43,218 bases of DNA from an uncultured Christensenella sp. GTDB taxonomy: Bacteria; Bacillota; Clostridia; Christensenellales; UBA1242. Shown here in pieces: positions 28,002 through 38,634 of the stretch (position 1 is the first letter of the stretch; the number at the start of each line of letters is the position of its first letter). The notes under the pieces were generated by a model. That model ran no database searches. It was not told the DNA's origin and was given only the letters and a program-made list of their open reading frames with translations. The stretch is from the NCBI GenBank assembly GCA_949295755.1, contig CASFMG010000049.1:1-43218 (forward strand), in the 5' to 3' direction. The position numbers were made by a program, and so were the translations under genes.

Positions 28002-30572
28002 TTATTTAATAGTTATATTATCATTTTCCACATCAACAGTAAGTGTTGTGTTTGGTGCAATATCGTTTGCAAGCATATATTTTGCAAGTACTGTTTCAAC
28101 ATTGTTTTGAATATATCTTTTAAGTGGTCTTGCACCAAAGTTTATATCAAAACCATTATCAATTATAAACTCTTTTGCTTTGTCGGTTACATTAAGCGTA
28201 ATTTGTTTATCTTTTAATCTTTCTTTAAGACTGTTTAAAAGCAAATCAACAATTTGTTTGATTTCTGTTTTTACAAGTGGTTTAAAGAAAATAATTTCAT
28301 CAAGTCGGTTTAAAAATTCTGGTCTAAAACTTTGTTTTAAAAGTGCATTAACTTGATTTATTGCATCTTCGCTTATTGTTCCGTCATCTTTTATTCCTTG
28401 CATAATTGCGTCAGCACCAAGGTTTGATGTTAAAATTATAATTGTATTTTTAAAGTCAACTGTTTTGCCTTGTCCGTCTGTAACTCTACCATCATCAAGT
28501 ATTTGCAAAAGTACATTAAATACATCTGGGTGTGCCTTTTCAACTTCATCAAATAAAATTACACTATATGGTTTTCTTCTTACTTGTTCGGTTAGTTGTC
28601 CACCTTCTTCATAACCAACATATCCCGGAGGTGCACCAATAAGACGAGATACTGAGAATTTTTCCATATATTCACTCATATCAATTCTTATTAGATTCTT
28701 TTCGGTGTCAAACAAGTTTGCACAAAGTGCCTTGCAAAGTTCAGTTTTTCCAACACCTGTTGGACCTAAAAACATAAACGAACCAATTGGTCTATTGGGG
28801 TCTTGTATTCCTGCCCTTGACCTAATTATTGCATCACTAACTTTTTTTACTGCAACATCTTGACCAATTACCCTTTTATGGAGTTCACTTTCCATATTTA
28901 AGAGTTTATCTCTATCGCTTTGAAGAAGTTTTGAAAGTGGAATTTGTGTCCAACGACTGACGATTAGTGAAATTTCTTCATCGGTTACTTTGCTTTTTAG
29001 CAAGTTGTTTGATGTTTCTTTTTGTTCTAATTCTTCTAGTTGTTTTTTTAGATTTGGCAATTTGTTGTATTTTAATTCTGCTGCCCTATTCAAATCGTAT
29101 TCTTGTTGTGCTTTTTCTATATCTGCGTTGGTTTTTTCTATGTCTTGTTTAACTTTGTTTATTTGATCGATGTTTTCTTTTTCCTTTTGCCATTTTGCTG
29201 ATAAAGTGTCAAACTCTTCTTTTAGTTTTGCGTGTTCTTTATTGATGCTATCAAGATGTTCTTTACTTAATTTATCCGTTTCTTTTTTTAATGCGGCTTG
29301 TTCTATTTCAAGTTGTATCATCTTATGTCTTATATCGTCCATTTCGGTTGGCATACTATCTATTTCACTTTTTACCATTGCACACGCTTCATCAACAAGG
29401 TCAATTGCTTTATCTGGCAAAAATCTATCAGTTATATATCTGTTTGATAGTGTTGCAGCACTAATTAACGCACTATCACTAATTTTAACCCCGTGAAAAA
29501 CTTCATATCTTTCTTTAAGTCCACGGAGTATTGCGATTGTGTCTTCAACTGTTGGTTCGCTTACCATAACAGGTTGAAATCTTCGTTCTAACGCAGGGTC
29601 TTTTTCAATATATTTATGATATTCATTTAATGTTGTTGCACCAATGCAGTGAAGTTCGCCCCTTGCGAGCATAGGTTTAAGTAAATTGCCTGCGTCCATT
29701 GCTCCATCGGTTTTCCCTGCTCCAACTATCGTGTGAAGTTCATCAATAAACATAATGATTTCGCCTTCACTCTTTTTTATTTCGTTTAGCACTGCTTTTA
29801 ATCTTTCTTCAAACTCGCCCCTATATTTTGCACCTGCAACAAGCGCTCCAAGGTCGAGTGAAAAAATTTTTCGGTCTTTTAAACTGCTTGGAACATCGCC
29901 TTTTGCAATTCGCATTGCAAGACCTTCAACAATGGCAGTTTTACCAACACCTGCTTCACCAATTAAAACAGGGTTGTTTTTTGTTTTTCTTGAAAGTATT
30001 CGTATGGTGTTTCTAATCTCGTTATCTCGTCCAATTACTGGGTCAATTTTTTGATTTTTTGCAAGCGAAACAAGTTCTGTTCCATACTTTTCTAAAACAT
30101 TGTATGTTGATTCTGGATTATCTGTAACCACTCTTGTATTCCCCCTTATTTTACTTAATTGTTTTATGAAACTATCTTTTGTTAAGTTTAATTCTTTAAA
30201 AATTTCTTTTAACATACTTTCTGGCTTTTCTAAAAATGCCATAAAAATGTGTTCAACCGAAACATATTCATCTTTCATATTTTTTGCAATATTTTCTGCA
30301 AGTTCTAATGAAGAAACAAGTTCGTTTGAACCATACACTTCGCTTTGTCCACTAACTTTTGACAATGTTTTTAATTTTTTTAAAATAGTATGCTTTAAAT
30401 TCTCACAATCAATATTCATCTTTTCTAAAATTTCATAGATAAGTGTTTTTTTATCTAGCATTTCATATAAAAGATGTATCTGTTTTAGTTCGGAGCAATT
30501 ATCGTTTTTTGCTTTTTCTTGTGCAGAATTTAAAACCGATATACTATTTTGTGTATATTTTTCAAAATTCAT
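28002..30572 (-). CDS. clpB: ATP-dependent chaperone ClpB
   Basis: Track ORF runs to 30599. The preferred start is [10 protein letters not shown] at 30572, after AAAGGGGG. It has two AAA+ modules ([18 protein letters not shown]) and a long coiled-coil middle domain. Confidence 0.95.
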   Translation of the reverse strand: MNFEKYTQNSISVLNSAQEKAKNDNCSELKQIHLLYEMLDKKTLIYEILEKMNIDCENLKHTILKKLKTLSKVSGQSEVYGSNELVSSLELAENIAKNMKDEYVSVEHIFMAFLEKPESMLKEIFKELNLTKDSFIKQLSKIRGNTRVVTDNPESTYNVLEKYGTELVSLAKNQKIDPVIGRDNEIRNTIRILSRKTKNNPVLIGEAGVGKTAIVEGLAMRIAKGDVPSSLKDRKIFSLDLGALVAGAKYRGEFEERLKAVLNEIKKSEGEIIMFIDELHTIVGAGKTDGAMDAGNLLKPMLARGELHCIGATTLNEYHKYIEKDPALERRFQPVMVSEPTVEDTIAILRGLKERYEVFHGVKISDSALISAATLSNRYITDRFLPDKAIDLVDEACAMVKSEIDSMPTEMDDIRHKMIQLEIEQAALKKETDKLSKEHLDSINKEHAKLKEEFDTLSAKWQKEKENIDQINKVKQDIEKTNADIEKAQQEYDLNRAAELKYNKLPNLKKQLEELEQKETSNNLLKSKVTDEEISLIVSRWTQIPLSKLLQSDRDKLLNMESELHKRVIGQDVAVKKVSDAIIRSRAGIQDPNRPIGSFMFLGPTGVGKTELCKALCANLFDTEKNLIRIDMSEYMEKFSVSRLIGAPPGYVGYEEGGQLTEQVRRKPYSVILFDEVEKAHPDVFNVLLQILDDGRVTDGQGKTVDFKNTIIILTSNLGADAIMQGIKDDGTISEDAINQVNALLKQSFRPEFLNRLDEIIFFKPLVKTEIKQIVDLLLNSLKERLKDKQITLNVTDKAKEFIIDNGFDINFGARPLKRYIQNNVETVLAKYMLANDIAPNTTLTVDVENDNITIK

Positions 30573-30632
30573 TTTTGCCCCCTTTTTGATTTTTAACAAT
30601 GTAATATTTTTTACACCTTAAAAACAATAAAT

Positions 30633-30661
30633 ATAATAGCATAAAAAATTAGCACTGTCAA
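30633..30661 (-). promoter_or_regulatory. Candidate clpB promoter overlapping CIRCE
   Basis: On the minus strand: TTGACA (30661-30656), 17 nt, TATTAT (30638-30633). The -35 box lies in the CIRCE spacer. Confidence 0.55.
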
Positions 30662-30675
30662 GGTGAGAGTGCTAA
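30649..30675. promoter_or_regulatory. CIRCE (HrcA operator) inverted repeat
   Basis: TTAGCACTG-N9-GAGTGCTAA compared with the consensus TTAGCACTC-N9-GAGTGCTAA. It lies about 75 nt upstream of the clpB start. Confidence 0.85.
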
Positions 30676-30689
30676 TTTTTTGTAAAATT

Positions 30690-31403
30690 TTATTGTTTTT
30701 TTGTTTTAGAGATATCTTTACCAAGTTGAATTTTTAACACAATGCAGGCAACTATTAAAACTAAAAGTAGTGTTCCCCAACCAACTAATGTAAAAGGAAA
30801 ACCAGAACTGTTTAAACTGTTTACAAATTGAAGTGAATATATCATTGCAACAAGTCCTACAAATCTACAAATTAAATTCACAAAAAAGTAAAACCAAAAA
30901 TTTAATTTAACACTTCCAATAACCAGACACAAAAGGTCATCAGGAAACACAGGTAACAAAACTGTTAAGGCATAAAACCACTTACCTTTTGTGTTTATAA
31001 TTTTAACCCATTTATTGTATTCTTCTTCACTTCCTGCACACCACACAACTGCTTTACTTCCCCATTTTTTCCCAATAAAATACGAAATAACAACCCCCGT
31101 CATATATGCGAGCATTGTAACAAAAATAAAAATCCAACCACTTATGTTATAAAGGTTTAATTTTATGCTATCAATAACTATTGCGGCGTTTATTATCACA
31201 TACACAGGCAGTGGAATAAAACTTACTTGAATAAGCATAACAAAATATATCACAACATATACAACATAGCCGTTTACACTTTCAATATAATTGCTTATTG
31301 AATTTGTTACTTCGTCAAAATAAAACAATATTTCAAACAAAAACATAACCAAAACGGCTATTATGCTAATCTTTATAATATTATAAACTTGTTTCTTTGT
31401 CAT
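30690..31403 (-). CDS. TVP38/TMEM64 (DedA-related, VTT domain) membrane protein
   Basis: Track ORF runs to 31427. The preferred start is MTKKQ at 31403, after AAAGG. YFIGKKWG and LLPVFPDDLLCLVIGSVKL are typical of the family. Confidence 0.7.
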   Translation of the reverse strand: MTKKQVYNIIKISIIAVLVMFLFEILFYFDEVTNSISNYIESVNGYVVYVVIYFVMLIQVSFIPLPVYVIINAAIVIDSIKLNLYNISGWIFIFVTMLAYMTGVVISYFIGKKWGSKAVVWCAGSEEEYNKWVKIINTKGKWFYALTVLLPVFPDDLLCLVIGSVKLNFWFYFFVNLICRFVGLVAMIYSLQFVNSLNSSGFPFTLVGWGTLLLVLIVACIVLKIQLGKDISKTKKQ

Positions 31404-31494
31404 ATTACCTTTGTAATAAAATAACACAATATTAAAACTACTGCAAACAACATTTACACTTTACATTTGTGATAGTTGAATTTTTTTAAAAAAT

Positions 31495-32877
31495 ATGTTA
31501 CATTTAGTAAGTATGATGCAAAAAAGAAAAATTAGAATAAATCCGGCAGGAAAAATTGTTTTAGGATTTTTATCAGTAATTTTAATTGGAACATTTTTAT
31601 TATGCTTACCAATTTCGTCAAAAGATGGACAATGGTTTTTTTTTGTGGACAGTTTATTTACAAGCACAAGTGCAGTTTGCGTCACGGGACTAATAACGGT
31701 TGACACTGCTGTGCATTTTACCGTTTTTGGTCAAATTGTAATTATGATTTTAATTCAAATTGGTGGACTTGGTTTTATTACATTAACATCTTTAATATTT
31801 TTAATTTTAGGCAAAAAAATTACATATCAAAACAGAATAACAATTCAAGAAAGTTTAAATCAAGACAAAAATCAAGGCATAGTTAAAATGGTTAAAAACA
31901 TTGTGATTTTGGTTTTTTGTATTGAATTTGTAGGATTTTTATGTTTACTTCCATCAATGGTAAATTTATTTGGTTGGTCAAAAGGAATTTTTAGTTCGTT
32001 ATTTTTGTCAGTTTCGGCTTTTTGCAATGCCGGTTTTGATATACTAGGAACACAGCAAACAGCATTTGCCAGTTTGGCACCATTTGCACAAAACTCGCTT
32101 ATACTTCTCCCTATAATGCTTTTAATTGTTATTGGGGGAATTGGCTTTGTTGTATTGTTTGATATTGGAAACAAATTTAAACAAAAAAAGAAAATGTCTT
32201 TTCATTCAAAAATTGTAATTTATGTTACTCTAATTTTAATATTTGGTGGAGCCGTAATGTTTGCAATTTTGGAATGGAACAATCCAAACACTATCGGCAA
32301 TATGAATGTGTGGGATAAAATTGTAAACTCTTTTTTTCAAAGCATAACACCCCGAACGGCAGGCTTTGCAAGTTTTGACCAATCGAAACTTACCCCCGAA
32401 AGTTTAATACTTACCGACATTTTAATGTTTATTGGTGGAAGTCCCGCATCAACTGCTGGTGGAATCAAAACCACAACCCTTTTTATATTGTTTGTTGCAA
32501 TGTTTAAAAATTCCACAAATAAAGGCGATTATGTTTTTTGTAAAAGACAAATAACCGGCAAACTTGTTCAAAAAGCACTAAAAGTTTTTTGTTTAAGTTT
32601 ACTTTTAATAATTGTTGCAACTGCTTGCATATGTTTAGTTGAAGGCAATAATATTTTGGTTGGTAGCATTTTATATGAAGTAATATCTGCAATTTCAACA
32701 GTTGGACTTACCGTTGGTATAACACCTAGTTTAAATGTTGTAAGTAAACTGATACTCACATTTTTAATGTTTGTTGGTCGTGTCGGTGCCGTAACTCTAA
32801 CAGTTATGTTTGCAAGTAAAGTTAAAATGGCAAATGATGAAATTGAATATCCAGATTCAAAAATTATTGTAGGATAA
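31495..32877 (+). CDS. ktrB: K+ transporter membrane subunit, TrkH/KtrB family
   Basis: 460 aa. Repeated selectivity-filter-like segments TSAVCVTGL, AFCNAGFD, PRTAGFAS and ISTVGLTVG. The start codon is uncertain (an alternative is the ATGATG near 31516). Confidence 0.85.
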   Translation: MLHLVSMMQKRKIRINPAGKIVLGFLSVILIGTFLLCLPISSKDGQWFFFVDSLFTSTSAVCVTGLITVDTAVHFTVFGQIVIMILIQIGGLGFITLTSLIFLILGKKITYQNRITIQESLNQDKNQGIVKMVKNIVILVFCIEFVGFLCLLPSMVNLFGWSKGIFSSLFLSVSAFCNAGFDILGTQQTAFASLAPFAQNSLILLPIMLLIVIGGIGFVVLFDIGNKFKQKKKMSFHSKIVIYVTLILIFGGAVMFAILEWNNPNTIGNMNVWDKIVNSFFQSITPRTAGFASFDQSKLTPESLILTDILMFIGGSPASTAGGIKTTTLFILFVAMFKNSTNKGDYVFCKRQITGKLVQKALKVFCLSLLLIIVATACICLVEGNNILVGSILYEVISAISTVGLTVGITPSLNVVSKLILTFLMFVGRVGAVTLTVMFASKVKMANDEIEYPDSKIIVG

Positions 32878-32886
32878 GGAGATAAT

Positions 32887-33627
32887 ATGAAAGAAGAAAA
32901 AAATGAAATTAAAAAAATTGAAAAAGAAATGAAACAGTTTGTTGTTATTGGGTTGGGACGTTTTGGCAAAAGTGTTGCAACAAGTTTAGCAAGTTTAGGC
33001 AATGAAGTTCTTGCAATAGATAAAAACGCAAGTAATGTACACGAATTAGAAGGAATTGTTTCAAGTGCCGTTGTTGCAGATAGCATTGCAAACGATGTGT
33101 TGCATTCACTTGGAGTGCAAAATTTTGACTGTGTTATAAATTGTATTGGAGATGACCTTGAAGCAAGCATTTTAACAACTCTTACTTGCAAAGATTTGGG
33201 CGTTGGATATGTTGTTGCAAAGGCACAAAACGAACAACACAAAAAAATACTTGAAAGAATTGGTGCCGATATGGTTATTTTCCCCGAAGTTTATATGGGA
33301 AAAAAACTTGCAAATATGCTTACAAATCCTAGTATGAACGACATAATGAATTTAACTGATAATTTTAAAATAGTTGAAATTGCAACACCAGACAACTGGC
33401 AAGATAAATCAATTTTAGATATAAATGTAAGAAAAAAATATAAAGTTAGTATTATATTTGTTAAAAGAGAAAATGAAGTTATTTACCCAGAACCTGAAAC
33501 TATTTTAAAAAAAGGCGATATTTTGGTTGTTGCTGGTGAGTTTAACAAACTTGATATGCTTTGTAACAAAATTAGCGAAGTAATTGATGCTAATCATACA
33601 TTGTTTGAAAGTTTAAATATTGATTAA
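32887..33627 (+). CDS. ktrA: K+ uptake regulatory subunit with RCK (TrkA-N/TrkA-C) domains
   Basis: 246 aa. VVIGLGRFGKSVA Rossmann motif. AAGGAG precedes the ATG, 10 nt after the ktrB stop. Confidence 0.85.
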   Translation: MKEEKNEIKKIEKEMKQFVVIGLGRFGKSVATSLASLGNEVLAIDKNASNVHELEGIVSSAVVADSIANDVLHSLGVQNFDCVINCIGDDLEASILTTLTCKDLGVGYVVAKAQNEQHKKILERIGADMVIFPEVYMGKKLANMLTNPSMNDIMNLTDNFKIVEIATPDNWQDKSILDINVRKKYKVSIIFVKRENEVIYPEPETILKKGDILVVAGEFNKLDMLCNKISEVIDANHTLFESLNID

Positions 33628-33860
33628 AATTTTAAAATCGCAAATTAACAACCAAAAATAAATAAATATAATAATAATGCGAGGTTAAAATGAAAATTAA
33701 TGATTTATTTTAAAATGGAATAGACAAAAAGACTATAAACGAAATGTTAAGCAGAAATGAAATGGATGTAAACAATAAAAAGTTTATGGAAAATTTAGTA
33801 AGAGAAATGGAAAATGAAGAACATAAATTTTCAAATAATTAAGATTTATTAAAAAGATAA

Positions 33861-33885
33861 AAAAAGTTTCTTAAAGAAACTTTTT
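33861..33885. terminator. Bidirectional terminator
   Basis: AAAAAGTTTC (33861-33870), loop TTAAA, GAAACTTTTT (33876-33885), then a T-run. It abuts the hydrolase stop codon. Confidence 0.65.
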
Positions 33886-33886
33886 T

Positions 33887-34777
33887 TTATACTTTATCAC
33901 AAAATGATATTATATCATTCAGATATTTATCAGCATTTTCTTCGTTTAAAAATTCGTGTCTAGAATTAGGGTATAAAATTAAATCAACATTTTTCATTCC
34001 AACTTTTTTATAATACGTATAAAGCCTTTTAACACCCTTACCCATTTCGCCAACGGCATCTTCTTGACCCGATACAATTAACATTTTTAAATCTTTGTTC
34101 AAATTTTTTGCATACTGCTTTGTATATAAACTATCAAGCATATTAAAAAAACTATCATAAAAATTATACGAACAAATAAAAGCACATAATTTGTCTTCAA
34201 AATATTTTAAATTTGAATTTTTATTATTACTTAAAAAACAACTATCTTTGAATTTTTTATCATATATATCAAATGTCATTTTTTTAACAAATTTTGCGGG
34301 TTTGTTTTTATTTTTAAAAATAATATTTAACTTTGTAATAAATTTGCCAAATTTAACAGGCAATTTTTTATTTTTGTTACTCCCACCAATTACGACTGCA
34401 TCAATTTTATATGAGTTTTTTTCAAGAAATTTTTGTGTTAAAAACGAGCCATAACTAAATCCAAATAAAATATATTTTTTATTTTTATATTTCTCTTTTG
34501 TAATTTTTAATAGTTCCAACATATCTAAAACGGTTTCGTATGCCATATCTCCATCACAATAACCCAAACTATCAACATCTGTTTCTCCGTGTCCCCTATG
34601 GTCATCAGCCACAACTATATAACCATTTTTATTAAAAATTTTTGCAATTTCGTCATATCTTTTAGCGTGTTCTGCCATACCGTGAGATATTTGAATAATG
34701 CCTTTTACATTTCCAACAGCATTCCATAAATAATAAAATATTTTTTTATTTTCTCTAACAAAATATAGTTTTTCCAT
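33887..34777 (-). CDS. Alpha/beta hydrolase (lysophospholipase / monoacylglycerol lipase-like)
   Basis: 296 aa. HGMAEHAKRYDEIA...DHRGHGET, nucleophile elbow GFSYGS, and a C-terminal SRHE region. Confidence 0.75.
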   Translation of the reverse strand: MEKLYFVRENKKIFYYLWNAVGNVKGIIQISHGMAEHAKRYDEIAKIFNKNGYIVVADDHRGHGETDVDSLGYCDGDMAYETVLDMLELLKITKEKYKNKKYILFGFSYGSFLTQKFLEKNSYKIDAVVIGGSNKNKKLPVKFGKFITKLNIIFKNKNKPAKFVKKMTFDIYDKKFKDSCFLSNNKNSNLKYFEDKLCAFICSYNFYDSFFNMLDSLYTKQYAKNLNKDLKMLIVSGQEDAVGEMGKGVKRLYTYYKKVGMKNVDLILYPNSRHEFLNEENADKYLNDIISFCDKV

Positions 34778-34838
34778 AATAAATCAAAAAAAGTATATCA
34801 CGATATACTCTTTTTGACAAATTTATTAAATATAATAT

Positions 34839-35537
34839 TTATTTTACTAATTTATTATATTTTGTATGAACCTTAAAATTGTCTGTTTTTTCATCATAAA
34901 ATGCAATTAAAATATTTTTTAATTGTTTTTTGTTTTTAATATTTAATCTTTTTAATAACCAATTTTTGTCTTTAGTTAATATTTTTAAATAGTTGTCATC
35001 AATTTTTCCGTCAATTATTACATACTTTTCTAATTGTGATTTTTTTATAGGTATGTCAAAATCTCCAACAACGGTTGGTTTTTGCTTACCAACAGGCATA
35101 ACACTTAAACTTCCGTTTGTTTCAAAAATTGCATAAGCAATTTCGCTCAACGAAAAATAACCTTTATCTCTACACATTCCAATAACATCGTTTACATCTA
35201 GTTTTGATTTTTTTAAATTTTCATAAACAAACTTGCCATTTTCAATAATAATAATTGGTTTTCCTCTTAAAAATGCTTTTAGTGGCAAAGTTTTCCTTCC
35301 CAGCAGCGTTATGGTAATTGAAAAAACAAAATAAATTAAAAGAGCAATTAAATAATGTTCAAAAGGTGTATCCAAATCGGTTGCCCAATTTGCAACAATG
35401 GAACCAATTGAAATTCCTACAACATAATCAATAAAACTCAGTTCTGCAATTTGCTTTTTACCAAGCATTTTTGCCACAATAAAAAGCAAAACAAAACTTA
35501 CGAACGAATTTATAAGCACAACTAAATAATCTGGCAT
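34839..35537 (-). CDS. DUF421 (YetF-like) membrane protein
   Basis: Track ORF runs to 35564. The preferred start is MPDYLVV at 35537, after GGAG. LGKKQIAELSFIDYVVGISIGSI is typical of DUF421. Confidence 0.7.
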   Translation of the reverse strand: MPDYLVVLINSFVSFVLLFIVAKMLGKKQIAELSFIDYVVGISIGSIVANWATDLDTPFEHYLIALLIYFVFSITITLLGRKTLPLKAFLRGKPIIIIENGKFVYENLKKSKLDVNDVIGMCRDKGYFSLSEIAYAIFETNGSLSVMPVGKQKPTVVGDFDIPIKKSQLEKYVIIDGKIDDNYLKILTKDKNWLLKRLNIKNKKQLKNILIAFYDEKTDNFKVHTKYNKLVK

Positions 35538-35634
35538 AATTTTCTCCAAAAATATAGTGTGCATATTTTTTTATATTATTATTTTATAATTTTACCTTCT
35601 CAATATTAATTTACATTAAATAAAATAATCAAGG

Positions 35635-35663
35635 TGCAATTTTTATGCTTTATAAAAATTGCA
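35635..35663 (-). terminator. Terminator after mnmA
   Basis: 12-bp stem TGCAATTTTTAT / ATAAAAATTGCA with a 5-nt loop. Confidence 0.55.
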
Positions 35664-35740
35664 ACTATTTCAGTTTTTATTGATTAATTTGTTATTAAAA
35701 TATTTAAAAATACTTAATATAAATTTCATCTCAATAAATT

Positions 35741-36820
35741 TTATTTGTATGTTTCTTCTATTTCTGCACCACCAAGACAAGTTCCATCTTGTGTATATAA
35801 AACAACATACTGTCCGGGTGTCACTGCTCTTTGTTTTTCATAAAATGATATTTCAACAAAATCATCAACTCGCTTTATATGAACCTTTTGGTCAGGTTGA
35901 CGATATCTAAATTTCGCAAAACAATCAAATTCTTTTTCTTGTGGGCAAACTGGTATCCAATTAAATTTACCAGATTTCATTCCACTTGTGTATAGTTCAT
36001 TATCTTCGCCTTGATGTACATAAAGTATATTATTCTTTAAATCTTTTTTTATAACAAACCATCTTTCGCCATTGCCGTTTTTTGCTCCACCTATTCCAAG
36101 TCCTCGCCTTTGACCAAGTGTGTAATACATAAGTCCATCGTGTCTGCCTACGACTTTTTCATCTAAAGTTCTTATTTCACCAGGTTTTGCAGGTAAATAA
36201 TTTTTTAAAAATTTTTTAAAATTTCTTTCGCCGATAAAACAAATGCCGGTGCTATCTTTTTTCTTTGCATTGCAAAGTTCCAACTCTGCGGCAATTTGTC
36301 TTACCTTCGGTTTTTCAATGTCATCTAGGGGAAAAAGAACATATTTTAATTGTTCTTGACTTAATTGATTTAAAAAATATGATTGATCTTTGTTCAAGTC
36401 CTTTGCCTTTTTTAAGTAAAATAAACCATTTTTCTCTTCTTTTTTTGCATAATGACCCGTTGCAATATAGTCAGCCCCTATTTTTTGGGCAAATTCTAAA
36501 AATGGTCCAAATTTAATTTCTTTATTGCAAAGTACATCAGGATTTGGAGTTCTTCCTTTTTTATACTGTTCCAAAAAATATTCAAAAACTTTTTCATAAT
36601 ATTGTTTAGAATAGTTAACTGTATAATAAGGTATACCTATTTTTGTACAAACTCTTTTCACATCTTCATAGTCTTGTGCAGAAGTGCATACTCCATTTTC
36701 ATCATCTTCTTCCCAGTTCACCATAAAAAGACCTATAACATTATAACCTTGTTTTTTTAATAAGTACGCAGCAACCGAAGAATCTACACCACCACTAATT
36801 CCAACAACAACGGTTTTCAT
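35741..36820 (-). CDS. mnmA: tRNA-specific 2-thiouridylase MnmA
   Basis: 359 aa. [20 protein letters not shown]-loop, and [10 protein letters not shown]...NPDVLCN. GGAGGG precedes the ATG. It overlaps the upstream gene by 4 nt. Confidence 0.93.
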   Translation of the reverse strand: MKTVVVGISGGVDSSVAAYLLKKQGYNVIGLFMVNWEEDDENGVCTSAQDYEDVKRVCTKIGIPYYTVNYSKQYYEKVFEYFLEQYKKGRTPNPDVLCNKEIKFGPFLEFAQKIGADYIATGHYAKKEEKNGLFYLKKAKDLNKDQSYFLNQLSQEQLKYVLFPLDDIEKPKVRQIAAELELCNAKKKDSTGICFIGERNFKKFLKNYLPAKPGEIRTLDEKVVGRHDGLMYYTLGQRRGLGIGGAKNGNGERWFVIKKDLKNNILYVHQGEDNELYTSGMKSGKFNWIPVCPQEKEFDCFAKFRYRQPDQKVHIKRVDDFVEISFYEKQRAVTPGQYVVLYTQDGTCLGGAEIEETYK

Positions 36821-37287
36821 TTTTTTCCCTCCGTTTTTTCAATGTATACAGGAACTTTAAATTTAGAAAAACAAATATTGACAACATCCAAAAGCCAAAC
36901 AATGAACATAGTTCCTGAAATAATGCTACAAAGAGTAAAAATGCTCTCCGGAAGCATCGAAAAACTAGCAAGACCCCCTGAAATTATTGATATAATTCCA
37001 CCAATTAGCATAACTATGCCTCGAATATATCTTCCAATATAAAAACAATGTCCACCAAAAAGACCAGTGAATATACCCATTAAAATAAGTTTCCATTTCT
37101 TAACATCGCTAGGTAACTTTTTTACATACACTACCTTGTCACTATTACCATTTTTTATCATTTTTTTACCAGCAGAATTTGTTGCATAATTAAGTCTATC
37201 AAAAACAAGACCACAACTAATACATCTACTTGAATTTTGTGACATTTTTTCATTACATCTAGGGCAAGTTATTTTTTTATTTATCAT
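36817..37287 (-). CDS. Zinc-ribbon plus TM2-domain membrane protein
   Basis: CPRCNEKM...CISCG followed by [26 protein letters not shown] 37287 is preferred because GTG 37311 lies inside the upstream terminator stem. Confidence 0.6.
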   Translation of the reverse strand: MINKKITCPRCNEKMSQNSSRCISCGLVFDRLNYATNSAGKKMIKNGNSDKVVYVKKLPSDVKKWKLILMGIFTGLFGGHCFYIGRYIRGIVMLIGGIISIISGGLASFSMLPESIFTLCSIISGTMFIVWLLDVVNICFSKFKVPVYIEKTEGKK

Positions 37288-37304
37288 AAGATGATTATAA
37301 AACA

Positions 37305-37329
37305 AAAACACTTCTATGTGAAGTGTTTT
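37305..37329 (-). terminator. Intrinsic terminator after the orphan ABC ATPase gene
   Basis: AAAACACTTC / GAAGTGTTTT 10-bp stem with loop TATGT. TTTGTTTT follows on the minus strand. Confidence 0.65.
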
Positions 37330-37359
37330 AAATAAATTTAAATTAACAATATAATAGAC

Positions 37360-38007
37360 TTATTTCTCTACAATAGAACCATATTCAAAATGTATCAATC
37401 TTGAACTTATATTTTTTAACAATTCTTCTTTACTTGACGCTATTAAAGTTGTTACATTATTTTCTACAAATACTTTTTTAATCAACTCCAAAATACTTGC
37501 AACTTCTTCGGATGTTATATCGTCAAAAATGTTATCAATTAAAACAATATCCAAAGGTCTTAATGAAAGTCTTACAAAAGAAACAATATATTTTTCAAAA
37601 ACTGAAAGTTCACTAACTTTCAAATTTCTTAGTTTTTCTATGTTAAACTCAATTAGTGCGTTATTGACCTTTTCTTCAATCTCTTTATCTTTATATTTTC
37701 TTTCTTTAAGCACATATTTTAAATTCTCATATACATTTCTATTTTCTAAAAATACAGGTTTTAAAGAAATATATCCTAAATTTATATCATTCTTAAAATC
37801 TATTTTCTTTAGATTTATTTCTTTAAGGTAAATTTCGCCTTTGTCAAATTTTTCAAGTTTTGCAAGCACCCTTAAAAGTGTTGTTTTTCCACTGCCTTCA
37901 TCACCAACAAGTGCAACACATTCACCTGGCACAATTTTTAAATTTATATCATACAATGCATAATATTCTCTTATATATTTTAAATACAGATTTTTTATTT
38001 CTATCAT
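37360..38007 (-). CDS. ABC-type ATP-binding protein with degenerate catalytic motifs
   Basis: 215 aa. Walker A GDEGSGKTT is intact. The signature is LSVFEK rather than LSGGQ. Walker B IVLIDN lacks the catalytic Glu, and no H-loop His is present (IASSK). Confidence 0.7.
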   Translation of the reverse strand: MIEIKNLYLKYIREYYALYDINLKIVPGECVALVGDEGSGKTTLLRVLAKLEKFDKGEIYLKEINLKKIDFKNDINLGYISLKPVFLENRNVYENLKYVLKERKYKDKEIEEKVNNALIEFNIEKLRNLKVSELSVFEKYIVSFVRLSLRPLDIVLIDNIFDDITSEEVASILELIKKVFVENNVTTLIASSKEELLKNISSRLIHFEYGSIVEK

Positions 38008-38073
38008 ATTTCACCTTACAAAATGATAATAACTTAAAAAATATATTTTTTCAAACATTTTTGCAAACTTTGT

Positions 38074-38577
38074 TTATTTTTCGTATTTTTTTATTTCCAT
38101 TTTTAAAGTTTTTGACACATCAAAAGTATTATAAAGCATACTTTTGGATTCGGTTATATCTCCCACTACTGCTTTTATAAATAAATTTGCATCTTTATCA
38201 CTATTCATTATATAAATTGAGTTTAGAACATTTTGATAACTTTCAAATTTAACATTTTCATCTTTTGCTGCACTAATTAGTTTAATTAAACTATAAAATT
38301 CATTTTTGTTCGTTAAAATAATTGTTACAAAATCTTCATATTCTTGTTTTATTTTTAATTTTAAATTTTCTATATCACTTTTAATATAAATATCGCTTCC
38401 TTTATTTTCATAAAAAGGTTCTTCTTGATAAATTACACTAAAAGTATAATCTTTTGAACCATAACTTGTTATATCATAAATTGACACACTTATTGCATTT
38501 TCTCCCAAACTACAAGCCGTAAAAACAAACATCATACAAACTAAACTAAATGTAAGAAGTCTTTTTAATATACTCAT
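38074..38577 (-). CDS. Lipoprotein of unknown function
   Basis: 167 aa. MSILKRLLTFSLVCMMFVFTAC is a signal peptide plus lipobox. AAGGAGAG precedes the ATG. Confidence 0.6.
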   Translation of the reverse strand: MSILKRLLTFSLVCMMFVFTACSLGENAISVSIYDITSYGSKDYTFSVIYQEEPFYENKGSDIYIKSDIENLKLKIKQEYEDFVTIILTNKNEFYSLIKLISAAKDENVKFESYQNVLNSIYIMNSDKDANLFIKAVVGDITESKSMLYNTFDVSKTLKMEIKKYEK

Positions 38578-38634
38578 AAAAAATACTCTCCTTATAAGAA
38601 GAGTATTCCCATATCTAATTAAAAATTACTTATT

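Noticed and set aside
5159-30599. N-terminal extensions given by the track for several ORFs: 5159, 14282, 26389, 26398, 30599, 31427, 35564, 37311 and 40152.
   Set aside because: In each case an internal ATG sits 5-10 nt after a GGAG/AAGG-type Shine-Dalgarno sequence. That ATG also reproduces the canonical family N-terminus (for example [10 protein letters not shown] for EF-Tu) or avoids an upstream terminator stem.
32568-33242. A 224-aa minus-strand ORF, together with many other track ORFs antisense to or out of frame with conserved genes. Examples: 4439-4645, 7992-8219, 13064-13444, 13396-13758, 15170-15589, 27380-27727, 29170-29496, 31461-31706, 31872-32174, 37529-37831 and 40979-41188.
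   Set aside because: Each lies inside or opposite a gene with clear family motifs. They have low-complexity, Cys/Phe/Ser/Leu-rich translations typical of shadow ORFs, and they lack ribosome-binding sites.
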